From Selaginella moellendorffii (taxonomy: Eukaryota > Plantae > Lycopodiophyta), in the NCBI RefSeq assembly GCF_000143415.4, contig NW_003314312.1:983510-1047509 (forward strand): a stretch of DNA of 64,000 bases, in the 5' to 3' direction. Position numbers and translations under genes: made by a program. Positions 49,201 through 60,524 of the stretch are shown here, piece by piece. How positions within the stretch are numbered: the stretch's first letter is position 1; every line of letters starts with the position of its first letter. Below the pieces are notes generated by a model that was not told the origin of the DNA, did no database searches, and saw only the letters and a list, made by a program, of their open reading frames with translations.

Positions 49201-51369
49201 AATCCGTCCTCATAAAATAAAGAAGACTATCCTCAAGGTGATATTAAAAATGTAAATGCCGAAATGGCAAGTTATCAATAAATAATGCAAGATTTTAAAA
49301 CTTATCGTGAAGCCTTCGAATCCATGACTCAATCTTTTGAACCTCACGAACCTCATCAAGAGAAGGTAATCTTGCTCTACACCTTGTGGACACTAAACAT
49401 CAAATACAATAACTGCCAATGGTATGGAATCGTTGTCTAAAAAATCCACAAATGTTAGAACAATAGACTTATCAAAAATATGAAAAGGAAGAGAAAAAGA
49501 AAAANNNNNNNNNNNNNNNNNNNNNNNNNNNNNNNNNNNNNNNNNNNNNNNNNNNNNNNNNNNNNNNNNNNNNNNNNNNNNNNNNNNNNNNNNNNNNNNN
49601 NNNNTCCCCGGGCAATGAACAATATCAAAATTATATATTTAAAACTTCAAAACCCATAAACAGTATAAGCAATTAAGTTCTTCCACTTTAATAATGAAGG
49701 AATTATAGCATAACCACCTTCTAGTAATATTCAAGAACCATGAAGATATGCATGAAGTTTCTCAAAACCCCAAACTTCTGTTAGACACTCATTTTCTATC
49801 ATGGAGTAGTTCACTTCCATTGGTTGTAATATATGGCTAATATATATAATAGGATGGCGATGGCATTAACTAGGCACACTCAAGCTTTTTTGCATCAACA
49901 TACTTCCAAGACTGATACTAGAAACATTCACGTGCAAAATGAAAAGTCAAGTGTAATTAACATATGCTAANNNNNNNNNNNNNNNNNNNNNNNNNNNNNN
50001 NNNNNNNNNNNNNNNNNNNNNNNNNNNNNNNNNNNNNNNNNNNNNNNNNNNNNNNNNNNNNNNNNNNNNNTTGATACAAAAATGAATATTTCTCATCAAG
50101 CTTTATCAAAAGATTAGGTTGACATGCTCAAGGACTCCATGAGTTTTGAATAGCACTCGTTTTCAACATCTTCTTAACGTTTGCAAGAAAAATCTTGATC
50201 TCTTTTGGTGACAAAAGACGAATAAAAATTTTAATTGGATGAGTATCCCCAATTGGAATAATATGACATTTTGCAATCTTAGCCCTAGACAACAAGTCAA
50301 ATTCAAAGAGATTGACACACTCCTTCATGAGCCAGTCAATTATTGCAACATAAAAACCATCTGAAGGATAAAAAAAGGGAATAGAGGAACAACATGGAAA
50401 TATAAGAGGAAGTAATAAAGTGACAAAAGTGATAAAAACAGAGTGACAGAAAGGAACAAAAGTAAGAGGAATGGAAAAAATATAAGAAATTATGAGATAA
50501 GGGGGAGAAACCTCAAACTTATACTTGTTTACCATCCACAATTAGATAGTTTTGTGGAATGATTTATTCGGACTTTGAAAGGGATGATTACGAAGTATAT
50601 AAACTTTTTGCATTCGAATTAGAATGTTATTTGCCATCTTTTCAGTATGCATATATCATAAGGGTGTAGAGTTCTATTGGTGCTTCACCATATAAACTTC
50701 TTTATGGTCATAATCCAATACTACCAATAGAGTTGGCTTTGTGATTGCCACAAGCTACTAATATTAGGTCAAAAATCAATATTTGACAAATATTTTTCCA
50801 CTTGTCCTAGCAAATTTTGTTGAACATCTTAGCCACGTACAATTAAGATAATAATGACGCTACAACTCCCATCATCGTCCACCTATAATATACAAAGTGG
50901 ATGACTTCATGTGAATCCATTTTCCCAATTTTACAGTATGTAGTTTGTCTAAAAGGCTCTTTGCTTAGTGAAAAGGATTGTATTGGGTGTTGCAACAAGT
51001 TGAACCACAAATTTATGAAAGTCAACATAACATCTAATAAGCTGATCCTCCAGAAATTATGCACATATAACAATTGAAACACTTTGTACAAAAGGATCAA
51101 GAACAACTAACATCACACCGATGCCTCCTCTTAATGTTTCTTTAGATTTTGGCTCATTAACGAGAGAATGTTGACAGTCTTCCATCATTCCAAGAGGAGG
51201 GGATGATATGAGATCCAAGTGTACAGCTACAATGCTATATATTAATATTAGCATAATGGGATTTTAATAATTGTCGAGTTGGTTTCAATTTGGACCATAT
51301 AATCTAGGGTTTTTGGGCTAATTGATATACACATTTCTGTATTCCATTTCCATATTCCATGCACTTATA
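46279..51369 (+). mobile_element. Decayed copy of the short-LTR gypsy with an internal inversion and four assembly gaps
   Basis: LTRs at ~46279-46452 and ~51206-51369. PBS remnant TAGTGGAAGTGAGGGG. Gag, protease, RT, RNase H and integrase remnants homologous to 18385-23405. N gaps at 47147-47246, 47791-47890, 49505-49604 and 49971-50070. Confidence 0.88.
48726..48753. repeat. Interstitial plant telomeric repeat (TTTAGGG)4
   Basis: Direct read. Confidence 0.92.
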
Positions 51370-51440
51370 ATACATTTTGAAATTTTAAGTTTATTTTTGA
51401 ATAAAATTCTTTTGTGAATTTTTCTATATGTATAAAAATA

Positions 51441-51446
<6 letters not shown>

Positions 51447-51527
<81 letters not shown>
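51447..51527. repeat. (AT)n microsatellite
   Basis: Direct read. Confidence 0.95.
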
Positions 51528-51530
<3 letters not shown>

Positions 51531-52859
51531 CTTTATATTATTTAAGAAATTATATTTGATGATTTTTTAGAAAACTTGATTGACTTAGTGATATAAATAA
51601 TAGTTTTGCTAAAATATTCAGAAAAATATATTTAAAGTTATAAATTCTATCACAAAATTATTTTTAGATTTTTCTCATAAAAGATAAAGTGTACAATTTT
51701 AAATTTTAATGTATAATAATTTTTTAAACTGAATCTGTAAATGTACATAAATCTATAGTTTTGGTAATATGCATTTTTTTATAAACTTCTGAGAATTATA
51801 TTTGTTATCTATTTTGTAATAATTTTACCATAGCTAGTAGTAGTGAATATACACTTTAATAAATATAGAGATAGTAAATATGTGATAGCCAACTAAACAA
51901 TAAGAATTTAATATTATTTATAAATAAATAAAACTTATATTTGGACCACTATTGTACATTTAATACCATTATTTTTATCTTATATAAAATATATATAATT
52001 TGTTTTAACTTTATTTAAAGGATAATAAGCTATACACACTATATTATATAAATTATTTATATTTTTTGAATATTACTTTTTTAATTCAAAACTCTTAAAA
52101 CCATTAATATTTTATTTTAAGTCATAATATGTGTTTGCTTATTTTTTGGATAAATAGTAAACTTTTATAAAAATAATTAAATATTTTTTATATGATTTCA
52201 AATTTAAAGAAAAAATTAACGAATTTTAGTATTTTTTTCAAGTGAGGAGAAGAACATTCTGAAATTATTTTATTTTTTAATATTAAACTATACACTTAGT
52301 TTTACACAAAACTCATTCATATATTTAGAAGTAATTTTAAAAATACATTTTTTAATAAATATTTTCTTTATTAATTTATTACATATTTAGTGATAAGAAA
52401 TTACGTTAGACCACTAGTTCAACTCTTGAATTTACTTTCATACAAAATTAATTTAAACGAATCTTGACACCGAAAATGAATATTCGTACCTTTCTGTTTG
52501 GGTGTTGGGAATCGAACCAATAATAGAGCGTGGTAGAGTGTGGCGTGGTGCTTTTCTACGGCTGCCAGCTTGCCACCTGTCGCCATCCCCTTGTAACTAA
52601 ACAACGCCGCCGGCGGGAACAGTCCGTCGCGCTCCCAACTTTAAAATGGCCGTCCCCTGTTCTTCGCTATTTTAGGGTTTATCGTGAGCTTTGCGGGAAG
52701 TTTTAGCGCACGGATTTCGTCACGAGCGCGCGCCTGAGAAGTAGCGCCTGGCATTGTGATCGCTGCATTCTTGTGGGGATCCTTCTGCTTCTTGCTCCAA
52801 TCTTGCGTCGCTCCAAGAAAGGCCTCTTCTTTGTTCTCTTCTTCTTTCGAGTGCGAGCT

Positions 52860-53519
52860 ATGGCGTCTCCAGCGGATGCCAAGCGCACAGGCAAGGTCAA
52901 GTGGTTCAATGTCACCAAGGGATTCGGCTTCATCACGCCCGACGATGGAAGCGAGGAGCTCTTCGTCCACCAATCGGCGATCTTCGCCGAGGGCTTCCGG
53001 TCGCTGCGCGAGGGTGAGATCGTGGAGTTCAGCGTAGAGCAAGGCGAGGATCAGCGCATGCGAGCGGCGGATGTCACGGGCCCTGACGGCAGCCACGTCC
53101 AGGGAGCTCCATCCAGCTTTGGATCTCGCGGAGGAGGAGGAGGAGGAGGCCGCGGCGGTGTTGGCGGCGGCGGACCTCCACGCGGCGGTCCTCGTGGCGG
53201 AGGCCGCGCTGCTGGCTATGGTGGTGGCGGCGGCTATGGCGGCGGAGGCGGAGGAGGATACTCGAGAGGTCGTGGCCGCGCTGGTGGAGGAGATAATCCC
53301 ATCGTCTGCTACAATTGCAATGAAGCTGGGCACGTCTCGCGGGATTGCAAGTACCAGCAGGAAGGGGGCGGGGGCGGCGGCGGCGGCGGCGGCGGCAGGG
53401 GTCCTCCATCTGGGCGCCGCGGCGGCGGCGCTGGCGGCGGCAGCGGTGGAGGAGGTCGCGGATGCTTCACCTGTGGCGCACAGGGACACATCTCACGGGA
53501 CTGCCCCAGCAATTACTGA
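52860..53519 (+). CDS. CSP: Cold-shock domain protein (CSD, Gly-rich region, two CCHC knuckles)
   Basis: [15 protein letters not shown]...[34 protein letters not shown]. Start taken at MASPADAK. Telo-box at ~52672. Confidence 0.97.
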   Translation: MASPADAKRTGKVKWFNVTKGFGFITPDDGSEELFVHQSAIFAEGFRSLREGEIVEFSVEQGEDQRMRAADVTGPDGSHVQGAPSSFGSRGGGGGGGRGGVGGGGPPRGGPRGGGRAAGYGGGGGYGGGGGGGYSRGRGRAGGGDNPIVCYNCNEAGHVSRDCKYQQEGGGGGGGGGGGRGPPSGRRGGGAGGGSGGGGRGCFTCGAQGHISRDCPSNY

Positions 53520-54911
53520 ACGAACGCCTCCATTCTCGTGGTTTGTTCTCTCCTTTTCATCTCTCTCATCGTTTTGTGCCCTTCTCAGCTAGATCTCTCT
53601 CCCGGGAGAGAAGACGCAAGCTTTCCCTTCTGGGATTGATCGATCGATTTCTCCCTCTTTCCTCTCCTTTCTCTTTCGACACGATCCAGCATCCAGCAAG
53701 CCGAAGAAGAAGGCTCCGTCCTATCGATCGTCCGTGAGCTTGGAAAAAAGAATTTCTCAAAAACATTATCTCAATGGAATCGACAATCCTCCTCTCCTCC
53801 CCAGTCCATCCCCATTTTTGTGATGAACAACGAAGACCCAAAAAATGGTCCAACGACCCAAAAGATTGGATTGGATTGGACGGACTCTCGTTTTCTATAA
53901 TATCTGTGTTGCTTGTGGCTCTGGAGTTTCCTTGGCTGCGAATTCTCTCGCGAAATGGACGGCTGGATGCGACCATTGACCCTAATCCAATCGCTCCTTT
54001 ATAAATGTTACAAGGTATAGGTGGACCAATGACCAGGCGAAAAGAAGTTTGCCACCGCGAAAAACAAACAAACGCTTCCCTCATCCCCAGGAGCCCTAGA
54101 ATCGAAATCCAGTGGCACCGATCTCTCCAAGTTGGCGGACGAATCTCGCGAAAACCCCCAAAAACACTTGAAATTTTGGAACTAATGTGGCGCCAAACTA
54201 ACAAGCCACCACACACACTTGGGCTGACTTTGGCGGAGGGTACAAAATTACTTGCCACCCGTCCTAGACCGGTTAAACTAACAAAATATCTCGGGTAAAA
54301 GGTGCGCGCGCGCATTTTCGTTGTCACCTCACCACCTAACAAAGGGAGGATAATATTCGTTTGACCCCTAAGAGAAAAATGCTGCGAGGTTTCGTGTTTG
54401 AAATGAATTGCTAGATGCCGATGGAATCAATCAAACTCCACTGTAACTTACACACGTGAAAATCTCGTGTGCGAGAGATTTTTTTATAGTAAGTTAAGTT
54501 AAGCTGCGCGGTAATAACTCTAAGGATCCGGATTTGTTAGCGCAAATCTTACCGTTTTTCCAAGAAAAACTACGGGGGAATATTCACAGCAGCATCGTAT
54601 AAATGCGGTGTTAGGGTTTATGCTCCAAACGCTGATGCTTATCGAGTCGAGGCAAGAAAGAGGGAGAGATTGCTGCTGCTCCCCCGCAAGAATCCCCAAT
54701 CTTGAGCGAATTCTAGCGCGGCACCAGGGTTTTGAGGGGGATTGAAGATGAGAAGCGGCTGTGTGGCAGGCCGCGCTCCAGGGTTTCGTCTTGCAGGGCC
54801 TTGGCGATCGTCCTCACCAGAGAGAGGAGAGGAATCCATGGAGGTAATCTCCATTCTTAGTCCTAGCCGACCGGATTATCCATAGCGCCATAGCTTTGGA
54901 GGGATTTAGGA

Positions 54912-57367
54912 ATGTGCAAGGACGACATGGATGATGACGGCACAGGTTCACGGAAGAAGCCGGAGCTTGGAGCATTTCTGAGGAAGAAATCTAGCAAGGC
55001 GGAGAGTGGTGCCAGAAATCGGAGCCCTCGCTCAGGGGATTCATCAGATGAGGATTGGCTGCGCCATCCACTGCTGCCACCGCAGCTCAAGAGAAGCTTT
55101 GGGGGCAGCTATCTCTGCGACAATTTGAAGGATTTTAGCTGGAGGAGGCAAAAATGGCAGGTTCTTAGCGTCTGTGGATCCCTGGCAGTGCTGTTCTTCC
55201 TGGCTCTTGTGCTGGAGACTCTCAAGGACAGTGCCAACTTCTCGATGGCACGGGCCCTTTCGTGGCTCCTTTGCGTTCTTCTCTCGCTGCTGCTGCTCTA
55301 CTTTCTCTGCTGCGATTACGATGGAAGCAGGATTGTGTGTCAGGCACTCTTTCCTCTCGTCATTCTCTTGGCCTGCGCTGCGTGGTACGTGCCCAAGGTG
55401 ATGTGCGCTGTGAGAGAGGATTCAGCTCGTTGCAAGCTTGTGGATCCTCTGCCTGTGTTTCTTGTGAGCAGTCTTCCTCTTTTGCTTCTGAGCGCTCCCG
55501 TCATGGCTCTGCGCGTTGCGTGCGCTTTGGCCGGTTTGATCCTTTTGGTCATTCTTTCTTTCGCTGTTTACTCCTCGAGAGATTTGGAGTTCATCTCTAG
55601 TGCTCCCTGGGTTTTGTCTCCGTTCGTCTTCCTGTCGAGCGTGCTGGTGAGCTACCATGGATGGCGGTCAGAGAAAGAACTCTTTGCTTTGGCTTGCTCT
55701 CTCAAGAAGGCTCTGTCATGTTCGCGGCTTAACACGCGCGAGGTACAGGCGGAGCTGAGAAATGTGAAAAAGGATAGCTCGGAGAGGATTGCGAAGATGA
55801 GGCAGTTCATCAGCTACATCTTTCATGAAATTCGAGGTACGCTCCCTCAGAGTTTTGCTGCTTCGACTCATTGAAAATGTGTGCATGCAGTTCCATTTAA
55901 CGCTGTAGTCCTGGGAATTGGCCACCTTTTGGCAACCAACGTGTCAGAAGAGCAGCAAGAGGTTCTAAATATGATGGATTCATCGTCCTCGTCTATGATC
56001 CGGATCCTCAACGATGTTCTTGACATGGGTATGTTTTCTATTTACCTGAGCAGTGCTCACTTGTCGGTTTTTTGCAGGGAAGATAGAGTCCGGCAAATTG
56101 CAGCTTGAAAAACAGCCGTTTAATCTGGCAGAGCTTGTCAGCTCGTTGATATGGGCTTTCAAAGACACGTTAGAATCAAAGGGCCTCGAGTTTTCTCTTT
56201 GCGTGGATGACTGTACAAAGGAGTTCCTTTCCACGCACGACCTTGTTGGTGACAAGCACAGGATTAGACAGGTGAGAATTTCGTTGCCAGTTGATGCTCG
56301 CGTGGCTCACTTCACTGCACTGCTTAGGTGTTGGCCAACTATCTGTCGAATGCTACAAAGTTCACTCCCCGCGGTGGTAGAGTGAAGCTTCACGTTGTCT
56401 GGAACAGAACAAAACAGGACGGCTCTGGGGATGTACCCGCTGACTCCCCCGCTTCTCATGCCAAGCAAGAACTCTCGGAACTAAGCAAGAAACGGTGCGT
56501 TGCAAGCGTGACGGTTTCAGTAGAGGACACAGGTATCGGGATCAGCAAAGAAGATCAAGTGAGGTTATTCGAGCCGTATATACAAGTTCATACCGGATCC
56601 ACGCAATCCCAAGGTGGTACGGGCCTTGGCCTGTCCTTCGCAAAGAGGTACTACGGTTTCTTTCCCTTCATTGTTTTGCGTATACTCAGTAAACTTTGCA
56701 GGATTGTGGAACTCGCAGGAGGAAAGATTGGCGTGTTCTCGGACACGGGCAGAGGCAGTGTTTTCTCCTTCACAATCCCGTTCGAAGTTGCCGGCACGGT
56801 TTCAATCGAGGGAAAGGCAGCCGAGGAAGTGCTGGTGAATCCATTCGACCTTCCGGAGGAGAGCCGCGTGGAAACCGGCGTCGTGGCGGCGAGCGGTGGT
56901 TTGTCGAGCTCCCAGCAGCCACCACGGCCGACTCCAAAGGTTTTGATCGTGGAGGACAACCAGGTGAACAGGCGGATACTGAAAAAGCTCCTCGCCAGCT
57001 TCAACATCGAGAGCGATGCCGCGGAGGACGGGCTCCAGGCGGTGGATATGTGCCGCAGCGGTGCGCAGTACGACATGATACTGATTGACAAGGAGATGCC
57101 TGTGATGGACGGGCACGAGGTACGAGCTCTCGACTGCAATGTCAACGCGATGGAATCTCACGCTGTTTGGGTGGTGTGCTGTTGCTCCAGGCTACGCGAG
57201 AGATACGCGCGATGGGTGTCAAGACAACGATCGTCGGGCTCACGGGAAATGCTCTCGACAGCGATCGCAACCAGTTTCTTGCGGCCGGGGTGAACGATTT
57301 CTTCACGAAACCGTTGTCGCGGCACCAGTTGCTGAGGCTCTTGGAGGCTCACGGACTAGTCCGCTGA
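54912..57367 (+). CDS. Multi-TM hybrid histidine kinase (HisKA-HATPase-REC), 6 exons: 54912-55836, 55891-56028, 56078-56271, 56328-56647, 56702-57119, 57191-57367
   Basis: H-box FISYIFHEIRVPFN, N-box QVLANYLSNATKFT, G1 VEDTGIGI, G2 GTGLGL. Receiver IVEDN...ILIDKEMPVMDG...GLTGN...TKP. All introns GT-AG and in phase. Confidence 0.93.
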
Positions 57368-57660
57368 TTGTGACGAAACGAGACGACACGATCGACGTGA
57401 GAGCAAGGGAGACGGAGAAAAAGAGGAGATCTAGAGGTACTGTTCTTGGTCTCTCTCGTTTTTTTCTTCTTCTCCCATTCTTTGCGTGGTTGGATCCATC
57501 CTTTCAGGATTCTTGGGTGCTTTGTATTATAGACCGATTCATTGGAGAAAACAAAGTATAGGCGATTTGTAGAAAAAGTCCTTGCAAGAAAAGGAAAAGG
57601 TCCCTAAATAACTTGCCAAATATTTAGGGTTCTAAGTCAGGAGGAAAGGAGGAAAGGAGG

Positions 57661-58378
57661 ATGTTTCTAGTGGATTGGTTCTATGGCGTCTTAGCGAGCC
57701 TAGGGCTGTGGCAGAAGGAGGGCAAGATCTTGTTCCTAGGGCTCGACAACGCCGGCAAGACGACGCTGCTACACATGCTCAAGGACGAGGTAAGCGAATT
57801 TCTTGGAATTTCCTCCTCTAGGTCATGGATCTGGGGATTGCGCCTGCGCAGAGACTCGTCCAGCACCAGCCGACGCAGTACCCGACCTCGGAGGAGCTGA
57901 GCATCGGCAAGATCAAGTTCAAAGCGTTTGATTTGGGAGGTCACCAGATCGCTCGTCGCGTCTGGAAGGACTACTACGCCAAGGTTTGTGGGAAATCTTC
58001 TGTGTTCTTGGGTGAAAACTATAGCACTAATTGTTTCTCTTTTTTTTTTTTTGGCTATACAAGGTTGATGGCATCGTCTACTTAGTGGACGACGCTGACA
58101 AGGAGAGATTTCCCGAGGCAAAGAAGGAGCTGGACGCTCTCCTCGCGGACGATTCTCTCTCCCAGGTCCCGTTCCTGGTCCTGGGAAACAAGATCGACAT
58201 TCCTTACGCAGCGTCCGAGGAGGAGCTCCGCTGGTTCTTGGGTCTAAGCCACACCACTGGCAAAGGCAAGGCGGACCTCAGCAGTAACGTCCGCCCCATC
58301 GAGGTCTTCATGTGTAGCATCGTCCGGAAGATGGGTTATGGCGAAGGCTTCAGGTGGCTGTCTCAGTACATCAAGTGA
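57661..58378 (+). CDS. SAR1: SAR1 small GTPase (COPII), exons 57661-57789, 57852-57983, 58064-58378
   Basis: [51 protein letters not shown]. Confidence 0.98.
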
Positions 58379-58708
58379 GAGCTGCCTGGTTTGTAAGTCT
58401 CGATCGCTCGACTTTATACATTTGATCTCATCTTCCTCTTTATCGTTTTTGGTTCCTCGCTTTCCATTCACTGCTAACTTTGGTCATTCTCTTTCGCATT
58501 GTGTGCACTGGCTGGCTCTGTCCTAAAGTGGCTCTATTCTGGAAGATTGTTTTTTCAGGACAGGGCACGCATAGACATCGGGACAAATGGCGACCGTCTT
58601 CGATTGAAGAGGTTTGTGATTTCTTTTTATAACTTCGCTTTGTTTTCTTGAAGTTGAGAGTAGAAGAGACAGGGGTCTTGTCTTAAAGAGTTAAAAATCA
58701 AGCTCGGC

Positions 58709-58824
58709 TGTCAACTGGTTGGTAGCGGCTGGCTTTGTTTGAACAGACTGCGATCGCTTGAGATTTGTCAACTGGTTGGTAGCGGCTGGCTTTGTTTGAA
58801 CAGACTGCGATCGCTTGAGATTTG
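58709..58824. repeat. Perfect 57-bp tandem duplication
   Basis: TGTCAACTGGTTGGTAGCGG...GCTTGAGATT at 58709 and 58766. Confidence 0.92.
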
Positions 58825-59261
58825 ATGACCAGCATGACGCAACGGAATGTGATTGACAATCTGGCAAGCTTGCGACCAGGTAAATTTAGTGCTCCAAGCT
58901 TTTGCTTTTCTAAAAGTTTTTCGTTGCAGCAGCTCAGTAAGAGTCACGACTGCCAGAGAGAGAGAGAGAGAGAGCAGCCCAGAAGAGCTTCGCAAATACA
59001 CTACGTGGGTGAGGCATTTATGCATTGAAGTGAAGCTTCGCTTCTCTAACTCGGCTGCTTGCGTCAGATACATGATTGGAGAGAACTGTCGACATTGATT
59101 GAGCAAGGCGTGGTCTTTAGATCAACTTACAAATGTGTACAGAAGCCAAGCATTATTGTTTCAACAAGCAGCACCAGAAACTATACTAGCAAGAAGCACT
59201 CGGAGAAGAGACTTTACGAGAAGCCAGGGGCCAGAGAGGCACGAGCAGAGCAGTGACGGGC

Positions 59262-59818
59262 TCACGGGCACTTGTGTCCGCCTCTCGAGTTCTTCATCTC
59301 GTTGTAGCAGGCGCAGACCTCTCGGTTCCCAGCAGTTCCCGGTGGCACGCATTGGCATTTCCCGCAGCAGATGTTACAGTACTTGAGGCAGCGCTTGTGA
59401 AGGCCCGCCTTGGAGCAGCGGTAGTCGCAGGCAGCCGCGCAATCTATAAGAACAGAGGGGGTTGGATACATCAAAACTCTGGACACAATGAGAAGAAGAG
59501 GAGGAGTTCAACGTCTTCTCACTTAGATATGGAGACCTGTTCTTGGAGCCGACCAAAGCACCTTGCTTCTGCAAGACAAGTCACACAGAAAACTTTCAAG
59601 CCTCGCGACGAGAGATGGAATGGAGATGAGAGAGCATCCAACCTCGGTTTGCTCCAGTTGCTCGGTAGCACCAGCAGCAGCAATCTAGAATCAAACGAAG
59701 ACACAGAGTTACAAGCTTGGTCGGGAAATCGCAAAAGTAAGAACAACGAAGGAACCACCTCGAGGCAAACGAGCGTCGCGATGAAGATAGCGAGGAGCAG
59801 CATTTGATACTTGGCCAT
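59262..59818 (-). CDS. GASA: GASA/snakin cysteine-rich secreted peptide, 4 exons
   Basis: Signal peptide [20 protein letters not shown], small exons [14 protein letters not shown] and [15 protein letters not shown], then the 12-Cys domain CAAACDYRC...[18 protein letters not shown]...KCP. Confidence 0.93.
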
Positions 59819-60524
59819 CGCCCAAGAGCTTTCAAGGATATTGGGAAAGAGAGACGAAGAAGACGAAGAGAGACGTTCGTGTTGTGCTTCGAATTTGAGC
59901 TCCCCCCCCCCACAATATATACCTGTTTTTTGGCGCATACACACCACCACATACCATTACAGCTGTACAATACAGTCTCGGAGATGGTATCGGGTACGTA
60001 CATGTATGCCAATGCAAGCTGGCCAGGATCCGCTCCTTCGCAGGACCTTCGATTAGCAAACATCGAGGGTTCGACTCCCGCCACCTCCGCGATAATCCAC
60101 GCCCTAAAAGTTTGTTGATCGAATCAAACAAGGGCGTGGCGTGCTCGAAAGAAAATGTAAGTGGCTTGGGGTGTGTGCACGGCCAAGATATTCCGATTCG
60201 ATCCGGTGCCAGCTTTTTTTTTTTCCCGGGCTCCTTTTAACTTTGACAAAGCGCGCGAAAGTGCTGTCCGTACGGTGCGATGATGGGTGTTCTGTTTCTT
60301 GCCAGCCTGCCGCGACGGCAAGCTCGACTCGTGTCACGGGCCATGGCCGGTGACCTAATTTCTCCGACCTAATTCTCAAACTCTGGCCTAAACGTAAGTA
60401 TTGACTGAGTCGCTCCGTCTCCCAATGTGCCAAGAACTCTCTCGTTTCTCGGTACGTAACTCTTTCATGGGTCGTACAAAAGGCGCCTGGAAGAAACCTG
60501 AGCTCGAGAAATTGTTTAGAAAAG

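Noticed and set aside
52641-54342. Long antisense ORFs over and after the CSP gene (282 aa and 258 aa)
   Set aside because: Shadow ORFs of GC-rich, Gly-codon sequence and UTR/promoter DNA, with no domain signal.
60020-60092. tRNA/tmRNA-like GGTTCGACTCCCGCCACCTCC with an adjacent hairpin
   Set aside because: No acceptor stem partner, D arm or A box could be built. At most a B-box-like remnant.
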